Below are positions 16,471 to 23,910 of a stretch of DNA of 38,309 nucleotides, piece by piece. Both the position numbers and the translations under genes were made by a program. The notes below the pieces were generated by a model. That model saw nothing but the letters and a program-made list of their open reading frames with translations. It had not been told where the DNA came from and searched no databases. Position 1 is the stretch's first letter. Every line of letters begins with the position of its first letter. This stretch comes from an uncultured Candidatus Saccharibacteria bacterium (lineage in GTDB: Bacteria > Patescibacteriota > Dojkabacteria > SC72): NCBI GenBank assembly GCA_964485665.1, contig CAZAJR010000031.1, positions 1 through 38,309 of the forward strand. Reading direction: 5' to 3'.

Positions 16471-19400
16471 TTAGTTATTACCACCTAGCTCCGGTTGCCA
16501 GTTTCCTTTGCCTTCAGTTATTCTTACAAAGTATGATTCTAGTATATTGAGTGGGTAATCAAATCCGTATTCTTCTCCATCGCTTAGTTGATATCCTTCA
16601 TACATCTGTTTATCACCAGCCCATTTGGTTACGTTGTCTGCAGTAAAGTTATCCTGATTTATATCCTCTATCAGTGTTTTAGCAGTATATGATTTAATAC
16701 CTGAACCGTATAGTCCTATTAGGTTCCATCCTTGAGTCATGTGTATTGGTGATTTATCTTCGTCTGTTTCTAGTTGTACTGGTTGTCCCACAATACTTAT
16801 ATTTATATCTTCCTTAGCTTTAATCATATATCCTTCCCCTGGTAGTAGTTGGAAGTCGTTGTTGTCATATATATCTACATTTTGTCCTACTATTTTCCAT
16901 CTTCCATCAAATTTAGAGATTGAATAGAATGCGTCATCATATACTTCGTTTAGTTTGGTAAGTAGTCCAGCGGCTGTTCTGTAGTCTTCATAAGAAATTA
17001 AAAACGGCAATGATATAAAGTTCAAACCAGCTTTAAGATTGTATCTATAAGTCTTTTCTACAGTACTAATGTTGATAGTTGAAGCTATTTCGCTAACATT
17101 TATGTCAATTCCCTCATCATATTTACCGTTGTCATTATCGTCTATATATACTAGAACCCCATCAGTATCTACAACTCCAACATCAAAAGCATAGCTTTCT
17201 CCTTGATATTCAAATATGTAAGTCCCCTGATCAATTTGAGTAAACATTCCCGTTGATTTATCAATAAGAAACTGGTTCTCTATCTCTCGTCCTAGTACCT
17301 GCGAAGTAAGATCTTTAAAAGATATTAAATTATCATCATTTTGATTTGTTGAACTAGACTCAGGCTTTTCCCCACTACAGTAAAATTGTTCACCTCGTGC
17401 TTTCGGACGATTATCCCAAGTACAAGTTATACCACTTCTACTACATACAGCTCCTTCCTTCTTGTCTGCACAAATCCTGTTGTACGAATCGCCCACATTA
17501 TTCAGTGTTAATCTAGATTCTCTACACCATTCATTTACACTTATTGTTCTACCTTTGTCAACACCGTCGACACATTTACATCTCTTTTCTTTACATTCCT
17601 CGCCCGCACCTATTTGATCAACTTCAATCGCGATACTTTCTTCACTCCCCTCATATTCCTTCCAAATTAATTTGTCACCTCCCCATGATTCTACTTTGCA
17701 TATATAGTAATCACCTGAACTAGCTAAACACAACTCTTGAACTCGGTTACACGTGTCCCCTAAACTACACCAATTTTCTGAACCATTCTCCACTGGATCA
17801 GAGATCCAACGGCCATCAGAACATCTCATTCTATTTTCTCCCGAGCCCTTATAAAGAGTGTGTCTAGATCTCTTAGTCCAACAGAGCTCATCAGGTGTGT
17901 AAGGAATACATTCTCCTTCTTGATTCCACTTACCTAAACCCCCATCAGAGCATTCGGAACCTGGTATTACACATTTGTTAGTAGTTGAGCATACGCCATT
18001 TCCAAGAGTCCTTTCACAAGATCTCCCCACATTATTAGGTCCACACCACTGAACAGGATCTTCTACAGTAACATCTTCCGACCCTGTAGATTCATCATCA
18101 GTTATCTCTTCCTCCTTGGCTATCTGGATATTACATAGTCCCCCAGAATTTTCATAGTAAAAATAATTATCATCTTCACGACAAGGCTCCCCATACGGAG
18201 AGGTATTCGTAGAAGTTGAGGGCGAGGGGTCGCTTTTAGGCGTATGAACATGTCCATCTGAAACACCTTCGCACTTTTTAGAATCTACCCCCTTTGTACT
18301 CCAAAGATAAAAAGAACCTGTAGAATTGCGTTGACATTTTTTACAATCATTACCAAATTGGAGATAGTCCCCAGGATTACCACCCCCAGCACATTTCTTA
18401 CTACTATCTGTATTTGATCGCTTATTTTCCTGCTTTCTTCTATTAGCAGCCTCTCTAACATCCTCTAGAGTACTATCCGATTCACCATTACATCCCCTAG
18501 CTTCCAATGTAGCTTGCGGACAAGAACAACTATTCGTGAGAACATCCTTATAACAAGGCCCACAAAATTCCATAAACTTACAACTTCCAGCCTTTACCCC
18601 TTTAATCAATTCACTATTTAGTTTAGAACTCAATTTCTCTACCCCAAACTCTGCATCATTTATCATCAAAGGATCATTAATAACAATCCAATCGGTGGGA
18701 GATACATTGTCAAAAATTACTCTCTTTAAAAACCTCCCTCGCGGTCCTGCATCTATTAGCAATTCAACAAAGATATTAGTTGTTGTCTCCTCAAATCTAC
18801 TAATAAAATGCTCTCCATCCTCCCCAACAGCATTAGAAACATCAATATACCAATTACCACTATCATTAAAACTACTAGAATATACAGAACTCCTTTCACC
18901 TGTAAACTCATCTAAATAGTTAAAATACATAACCCCATCCGTAACAGGAACAAGTTCGTCTATTAGTATATCCTCCTGATTATTAGCATCCTTAACAGTA
19001 CCATAGGCAGGAACAGGACTCTTAATTTGCTCAGGTGTTTGTAATGTAGAAACAACTGTATTACCATCAACATCCTCTACCTCTCTAAAAAGATATTTAT
19101 CTCCTACCATAAAAGAATACTCAGTCTCAGGATCTAAACCTGTAACAGTAACATGATGAGTATAGTACTCACCCATATCAGTAACAACTACATCAGTTTG
19201 AAAATCATCTATTGATACAGTTAAATCATCATCCTCTACAATATTATCAGATGTCTGCTGTACAGCTAACAGCTCCGCCTCTTTAACATCTCTAGTATCA
19301 AAGAATCTATCACCATTATGATATATAGAGAAAGGAATAAACCTATCACCCTCAAAAATCCTTACAGAGGCAGGTATAGCTTTCCTCGTATTCCAACTAA

Positions 19401-19548
19401 CCGTAACAGAACTAGAAGTTACATTAGTAAAATGTACATCATTAGGCCTTATCCTAACATACTCATATACAAACAAACCCACAACCCCTAGAATTAAAAA
19501 AAGAGCTGAGAAGAAAATGGTTAGAAACCTCTTTTTAGATAATTTCAT
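16471..19548 (-). CDS. Giant membrane-anchored surface protein: FN3-like + beta-rich module, 402-aa cysteine-rich block, Ca-binding-like loop, C-terminal tandem repeat
   Basis: 1025 aa with anchor FLTIFFSALFLILGVVGLFVY. FN3-like NVTSSSVTVSWNTRKAIPASVRIFEG..YYTHHVTVTGLDPETEYSFMVGDK is paralogous to the 545-aa protein. I count 32 Cys between aa 323 and 724 (nt 17377-18582) and none elsewhere. DDNDNGKYDEGID is a DxDxNG-type loop. The C-terminal repeat is GLNFISLPF..FQLLPGEGYMIKA followed by GWNLIGLYG..LNILESYFVRI. Confidence 0.7.
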   Translation of the reverse strand: MKLSKKRFLTIFFSALFLILGVVGLFVYEYVRIRPNDVHFTNVTSSSVTVSWNTRKAIPASVRIFEGDRFIPFSIYHNGDRFFDTRDVKEAELLAVQQTSDNIVEDDDLTVSIDDFQTDVVVTDMGEYYTHHVTVTGLDPETEYSFMVGDKYLFREVEDVDGNTVVSTLQTPEQIKSPVPAYGTVKDANNQEDILIDELVPVTDGVMYFNYLDEFTGERSSVYSSSFNDSGNWYIDVSNAVGEDGEHFISRFEETTTNIFVELLIDAGPRGRFLKRVIFDNVSPTDWIVINDPLMINDAEFGVEKLSSKLNSELIKGVKAGSCKFMEFCGPCYKDVLTNSCSCPQATLEARGCNGESDSTLEDVREAANRRKQENKRSNTDSSKKCAGGGNPGDYLQFGNDCKKCQRNSTGSFYLWSTKGVDSKKCEGVSDGHVHTPKSDPSPSTSTNTSPYGEPCREDDNYFYYENSGGLCNIQIAKEEEITDDESTGSEDVTVEDPVQWCGPNNVGRSCERTLGNGVCSTTNKCVIPGSECSDGGLGKWNQEGECIPYTPDELCWTKRSRHTLYKGSGENRMRCSDGRWISDPVENGSENWCSLGDTCNRVQELCLASSGDYYICKVESWGGDKLIWKEYEGSEESIAIEVDQIGAGEECKEKRCKCVDGVDKGRTISVNEWCRESRLTLNNVGDSYNRICADKKEGAVCSRSGITCTWDNRPKARGEQFYCSGEKPESSSTNQNDDNLISFKDLTSQVLGREIENQFLIDKSTGMFTQIDQGTYIFEYQGESYAFDVGVVDTDGVLVYIDDNDNGKYDEGIDINVSEIASTINISTVEKTYRYNLKAGLNFISLPFLISYEDYRTAAGLLTKLNEVYDDAFYSISKFDGRWKIVGQNVDIYDNNDFQLLPGEGYMIKAKEDINISIVGQPVQLETDEDKSPIHMTQGWNLIGLYGSGIKSYTAKTLIEDINQDNFTADNVTKWAGDKQMYEGYQLSDGEEYGFDYPLNILESYFVRITEGKGNWQPELGGNN

Positions 19549-19576
19549 TGTAAAAGATATATATATTAATTACTAT

Positions 19577-19605
19577 AAATTACCCTTTAATGAAGATCAT
19601 GTCAA
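19577..19605 (-). promoter_or_regulatory. Candidate promoter for the envelope cluster: TTGACA-17 nt-TAATTT
   Basis: The reverse complement of 19577-19605 is TTGACAtgatcttcattaaagggTAATTT, 28 nt upstream of ATG 19548. It lies in the divergent intergenic region shared with rsmE. Confidence 0.4.
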
Positions 19606-19612
19606 TCAAAGA

Positions 19613-19621
19613 TGATATAAT
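19613..19621 (+). promoter_or_regulatory. Extended -10 element TGATATAAT, 6 nt upstream of the rsmE ATG (leaderless layout)
   Basis: Exact TGATATAAT at 19613-19621; ATG at 19628. No convincing -35. Confidence 0.45.
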
Positions 19622-19627
19622 CAACAT

Positions 19628-20362
19628 ATGCAAAAATACTTTATCCCACACAAACTAAAAGTAGGAGACATAACTCACCTATCAGACCCTGACAGTGAAA
19701 TGATCATAGCTCAAGACAAATTACACATAGAAGACTTAGTAGAAATAGAAACGTACGAAAAGATATTCCTAGCCCAGATAACCGATATATCTAAAAAAAG
19801 TGTTGAGGCAGAAATATTAGAGTACAAAGGAGAAAGAATAAATAAGAAACAACCAAGTATAACTATCATACAATCAATATCACATGACTCTAAATTTAAC
19901 TACTTCCTAGAAAAAAGTGTAGAGATCGGAGTAGAGAAAATAATTCCAATAGAAAGTAAATACTCCCTAAAAAAGAAAAACAAAGCTATTAAATCCTTTG
20001 GTCTTTGGAAGAAAATAATTAAAGATGCTACAGAACAATCTAGATCACCGTATCCACCTGTACTAGAAAAACCTAAAAGAATTAAAAATTTAACCAAAGA
20101 AGATTTAGGAGGCAGTATAAAAATCTGTCTAGCCACAGAAAATGTAGAAAGCAAATATCTTAATAGATACCTGGAAGATAAGGATATGAGTAAAAACTTT
20201 ACAGTAGCAATAGGTCCGGAGAAAGGATGGTCATCTTCTGATATAGAAGTTTTAAAAAATTTAGGGTTTGACTTTATTAAACTAAGAGGAAATATATTAA
20301 GAACAGAAACAGCTGGATTAGTGATTGTAAGTATAATTAAATATTTAAAGAAAGAAATATAA
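19628..20362 (+). CDS. rsmE: 16S rRNA (uracil1498-N3)-methyltransferase RsmE family
   Basis: 244 aa. The size, the PUA-like N-terminus and the C-terminal SPOUT signature AIGPEKGWSSSDIEVL..LRGNILRTETAGL (canonical IGPEGG.s..E...l...g......LG..ILR.ETA) all fit RsmE. Confidence 0.8.
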   Translation: MQKYFIPHKLKVGDITHLSDPDSEMIIAQDKLHIEDLVEIETYEKIFLAQITDISKKSVEAEILEYKGERINKKQPSITIIQSISHDSKFNYFLEKSVEIGVEKIIPIESKYSLKKKNKAIKSFGLWKKIIKDATEQSRSPYPPVLEKPKRIKNLTKEDLGGSIKICLATENVESKYLNRYLEDKDMSKNFTVAIGPEKGWSSSDIEVLKNLGFDFIKLRGNILRTETAGLVIVSIIKYLKKEI

Positions 20363-21381
20363 TGGGAAAAAGAAAATTAAGAAAAAATTATAAAACACCA
20401 AGAAATAAATCACAACAAAGAAAATACTACACTAAAGAGGACATATTTCTTTCTCGAATGGCTAGTATATTACAAATGCCAAAGGGTAAAGTAAAGCACC
20501 TGTTTTTTCAAAGATCCAGAACCACTATTAGATTAAATAATCTTAAAAACAATCCAGAACATACATACAAAGTACTTACTAAAACCAAGAGTTGGAAATT
20601 ACAAGAGGTAAAAAACTTAGAACACACCTATTTTGTTAATAATAAAGATAAGGATGAAGTTGCAAATACACAAGAATACAAAGCTGGTCACTTCTATATC
20701 CAAGATCTTTCTAGTATTCTTTCGGTATACATATTAGATCCTAAAAAGGGAGAAGATATTCTGGATTTAGCTGCTGCTCCAGGTAGTAAAACTACTTTAA
20801 TTTCTTCTCTAATTGATAATCAAGGGAAAATAGTAGCCAACGATCTTGATGAAAAAAGAATAGGAAGACTTAATAATGTATTGCATCAGTTTGGTAGTAA
20901 GAATGTAGAAGTTACAAATAAAGATGGAAAGATTCTAGGAAAGATATATCCTAATCATTTTGATAGAATCATATTAGATGCTCTTTGTAGTGGAGAGGGG
21001 AGAATATATTTGGCAGGTAGGAATCCTCTTAGATTTTGGAGTATAAAGATGAGTAATGCTATGGTTAAAACACAAAAGGAGTTGATAGAATCGGCTTTTA
21101 AGTCTTTAAGTGTTGGAGGAACTCTCGTTTATTCTACCTGTACATTAGAACCAGATGAAAATGAGGGTGTAGTTACTCATCTGCTTAATAAATACGAAAA
21201 CGCTAGAATGAAAGACATAGAGTTTGTAAAGGATTTAGACCCTCTGTTGACTGATAAAATCACTAATGGAATTACAAAATGGAGTGGTAATACATATCAT
21301 CAAGAAGTTGCTAAGAGTATAAGAATAAACCCATCACCAGAGATGATGGGATTTTATATAGCTAAGATTACTAAAACTTAG
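20362..21381 (+). CDS. RNA cytosine-C5 methyltransferase, NOL1/NOP2/Sun (RsmB/RsmF-like) family, with a basic N-terminal extension
   Basis: 339 aa with motifs LDLAAAPGSKTT (SAM motif I), FDRIILDALCSGEG (motif IV; Leu replaces the usual Pro before Cys) and LVYSTCTLEPDENEGVV (motif VI). The start overlaps the rsmE stop (TAATG). Confidence 0.8.
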   Translation: MGKRKLRKNYKTPRNKSQQRKYYTKEDIFLSRMASILQMPKGKVKHLFFQRSRTTIRLNNLKNNPEHTYKVLTKTKSWKLQEVKNLEHTYFVNNKDKDEVANTQEYKAGHFYIQDLSSILSVYILDPKKGEDILDLAAAPGSKTTLISSLIDNQGKIVANDLDEKRIGRLNNVLHQFGSKNVEVTNKDGKILGKIYPNHFDRIILDALCSGEGRIYLAGRNPLRFWSIKMSNAMVKTQKELIESAFKSLSVGGTLVYSTCTLEPDENEGVVTHLLNKYENARMKDIEFVKDLDPLLTDKITNGITKWSGNTYHQEVAKSIRINPSPEMMGFYIAKITKT

Positions 21382-23441
21382 GCCTGTTTCATACTAAGCT
21401 TTAATTTCCCTTCATTATCTATTCCAATAAGTTTGACTTTAACCTTATTACCCTCACTTACTACTTCATTAACATCCTTTACATATTCATCAGACATCTC
21501 TGATACGTGTACTAATCCAGAAACTCCAGGTCTAATATCTACAAAAGCTCCATACGGCATAACAGAAGCTACTACACCTTCATATACCTCTCCCTCTTTT
21601 GGAGCAAAAGTAAATCTTTCAAGGTATTTCATAGCTTTATCTAGCTTCTCCTTATCATCAGCATAAATATTTACAGTACCATCATCTTCTATATTTATTT
21701 CTGCTCCACTCTCCTCTGTTATTTCCTTAATATTTTTACCACCTGGACCAATTAATTCTCCAATCTTGTCTTCAGGAATCTTTGTACTTGTTACCTGTGG
21801 AGCATTGGCTGATAGCTTAGGTCTGGGTTTAGCTATTGTCTTTTCCATTATATCTATAATCTTAAGTCTTGCATCTCTAGCTCTTTTGAATGTTTCCTCA
21901 ACTATATCCATATTGAGCCCACCCATTTTATTATCCATCTGTACAGCAGTTACTCCATCCTTGGTACCAATAACCTTAAAATCCATATCCCCATAGAAAT
22001 CTTCTACACCCTGCATATCTGTAAGGATATTAAATGCTCCATCTTCCTCTGTAACAAGACCACAAGCAATACCAGCAACTGTCTTCTTAATTGGTACACC
22101 TGCAGCCATTAATGCCATACTCGATCCACATGCTGAAGCCATAGAGCTTGAACCATTCTCCCCCTGTATCTCAGATGCTACTATCATCGTATATGGAAAC
22201 TCTTCTTGTGTAGGTAGCACTGGGACTATAGATCTCTCTGCAAGCATACCGTGCCCAACTGCTCTTCTACTTGGATGATATCTAACTCTTCCTGCGTCGC
22301 CGTATGCATATGGTAAATCATTGTAGAAATGCATATATCTCTTAGACTTCTCACCTAACATATCATCTATCATCTTTGCATCATCTAGAGTACCTAGAGT
22401 TGCTACTGATAGTACCTGAGTTACGCCTCTAGTAAATAGAGCCGAACCATGAACATTAGGAAGCAGATCTATCTCCGTAGCCACTTCTCTAATTTCATCA
22501 AGCTTTCGACCATCAACTCTAATCTGATCTTCTTTAACTAATCTTCTTAATGCCTTTTTTAGTAATTTATCATATCCATCAGATAGCTCTTTTTTAGAAT
22601 ATTTGCCCTCAAACTCCGTAAACATCTCCTCTTTACTCTCTTCGTGCTGAGCACTTTCACCAGCTTTAAGATTCTCTTCAATTCTCTCTCCTAAGAATTT
22701 CTTAATGTCTTCTAAGATACCTTCCGGTAACTTACGTGGTTCATATTCTGCTTTTGGGGTTCCACCTGCCATCTCAATAAATTTGTTCTGTGCTTCCAAC
22801 CATGGGTTCATTAATTCTAAACCTTTCTTCATAGATTCAACCACTTTATCATCCTCAATATCATTGCAACCACCATCGATCATTGTAAAGACCTCCCCAT
22901 CTCCCGTGATCATATAGTTCATTGGGTGTTCATCTGACACATGATCTAAGTTTTTATAAAGAGGTTTTTCTAATCCCATGTTTATACCAGCAATTGGTCC
23001 ATCAAAAGGAATATTAGACATCTGTAAAGCCGCTGATACTGCGTTGATTGCAAGTATTACCGGATCGTTTTCTTCGTCATATGACATCACTGTGACAATT
23101 ACGCTTACAGGATCCATATAGTCTGAAGGAAATCTTGAACGTATAGCTCTGTCTATCATTCGAGATCTTAAAACAGCATCATCAGATGGAAACCTTTCTC
23201 TTTTTACAAATCGTGATCCACTGATCTTACCAGCAGCGTAGAATCTTTCTATGTATTCAACAGAAAGTGGGAAATAGTCCATATCTCCAGTTGCTGTGCT
23301 ACTGTTAACATTTACAGTTATTACTGTATCACCCATTTGGGCTAGAATTGAGGCTTGAGATTTTAAGGCTAATTTACCTGTAGAAAATTTACATTTTCTT
23401 CCATCTATCTCAAACTCGTGTATTTTTTCATCAAAAAGCAT
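21378..23441 (-). CDS. pnp: Polyribonucleotide nucleotidyltransferase (PNPase)
   Basis: Two RNase PH domains (FDGPIAGI; GSSSMASACGSSMALMAAGVP; GDMDFKV), a KH domain (KIGELIGPGGKNIKEI) and an S1 domain (GEVYEGVVASVMPYGAFVDI). I prefer the start MLFDEKIHEFEIDGRK (ATG 23439-23441) over the track start at 23468. Confidence 0.92.
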   Translation of the reverse strand: MLFDEKIHEFEIDGRKCKFSTGKLALKSQASILAQMGDTVITVNVNSSTATGDMDYFPLSVEYIERFYAAGKISGSRFVKRERFPSDDAVLRSRMIDRAIRSRFPSDYMDPVSVIVTVMSYDEENDPVILAINAVSAALQMSNIPFDGPIAGINMGLEKPLYKNLDHVSDEHPMNYMITGDGEVFTMIDGGCNDIEDDKVVESMKKGLELMNPWLEAQNKFIEMAGGTPKAEYEPRKLPEGILEDIKKFLGERIEENLKAGESAQHEESKEEMFTEFEGKYSKKELSDGYDKLLKKALRRLVKEDQIRVDGRKLDEIREVATEIDLLPNVHGSALFTRGVTQVLSVATLGTLDDAKMIDDMLGEKSKRYMHFYNDLPYAYGDAGRVRYHPSRRAVGHGMLAERSIVPVLPTQEEFPYTMIVASEIQGENGSSSMASACGSSMALMAAGVPIKKTVAGIACGLVTEEDGAFNILTDMQGVEDFYGDMDFKVIGTKDGVTAVQMDNKMGGLNMDIVEETFKRARDARLKIIDIMEKTIAKPRPKLSANAPQVTSTKIPEDKIGELIGPGGKNIKEITEESGAEINIEDDGTVNIYADDKEKLDKAMKYLERFTFAPKEGEVYEGVVASVMPYGAFVDIRPGVSGLVHVSEMSDEYVKDVNEVVSEGNKVKVKLIGIDNEGKLKLSMKQA

Positions 23442-23534
23442 ATTAAATATTAAAAAATTTATATACAAAATAAATAACCTAATTTAAGGTTGTATTCTGT
23501 GAAAGTTATATCAAGAAAGAGGCAAAAAAGAAAG

Positions 23535-23798
23535 TTAAATATCCAACTTTTTCTTCAAAGCCTTGAATCTTTCCTCTTCATTAGCTTCAAGATATTGAAG
23601 AAGTCTTCTTCTTTTACCCACTTTTTGTATTAGTCCTCTTCTAGAATGATTGTCTTTTTTATGTTCTTTAAGATGCTCAGAGAGTTTCTTAATCTCTTCT
23701 GATAAAATAGCAATCTGAACTTCTGGAGAACCAGTATCACCTTCGTGGAGTCCATACTCTTCTATTAAATTTTGCTTTTCTGACGTTGTTAATGCCAT
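23535..23798 (-). CDS. rpsO: 30S ribosomal protein S15
   Basis: 87 aa. [49 protein letters not shown] matches the conserved S15 pattern. Confidence 0.95.
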   Translation of the reverse strand: MALTTSEKQNLIEEYGLHEGDTGSPEVQIAILSEEIKKLSEHLKEHKKDNHSRRGLIQKVGKRRRLLQYLEANEEERFKALKKKLDI

Positions 23799-23870
23799 TG
23801 TTATAATAGGGTAACATGATATTAAACAATTTACAATGGGCCAAGATTGGGCATTGTGAATAACCTAAGC

Positions 23871-23899
23871 ATTTTACTTTATTATAGGGTATCTGTCAA
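23871..23899 (-). promoter_or_regulatory. Promoter for rpsO(-pnp): TTGACA-17 nt-TAAAAT, giving a leader of about 65 nt
   Basis: The reverse complement of 23871-23899 is TTGACAgataccctataataaagTAAAAT. It lies between the infB stop and the rpsO start. Confidence 0.6.
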
Positions 23900-23910
23900 C
23901 GTTTATACTG

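Noticed and set aside
16163-16474. Antisense or overlapping ORFs from the track (e.g. 16163-16474, 25466-25759, 27874-28062, 30221-30448, and the small ORFs within 260-1686).
   Set aside because: Each lies fully inside, or antisense to, a gene with strong family motifs. Their products are low-complexity Ser/Leu/Phe/Ile-rich translations, which is typical of the opposite strand of AT-rich coding DNA. The 260-1686 ORFs are out of frame within fusA.
23476-23491. Hairpin AACCT-N-AGGTT followed by a T-rich stretch as an rpsO terminator or attenuator before pnp.
   Set aside because: It has only a 5-bp AT-containing stem and an interrupted T tract, so it is too weak to call without folding energies or conservation.
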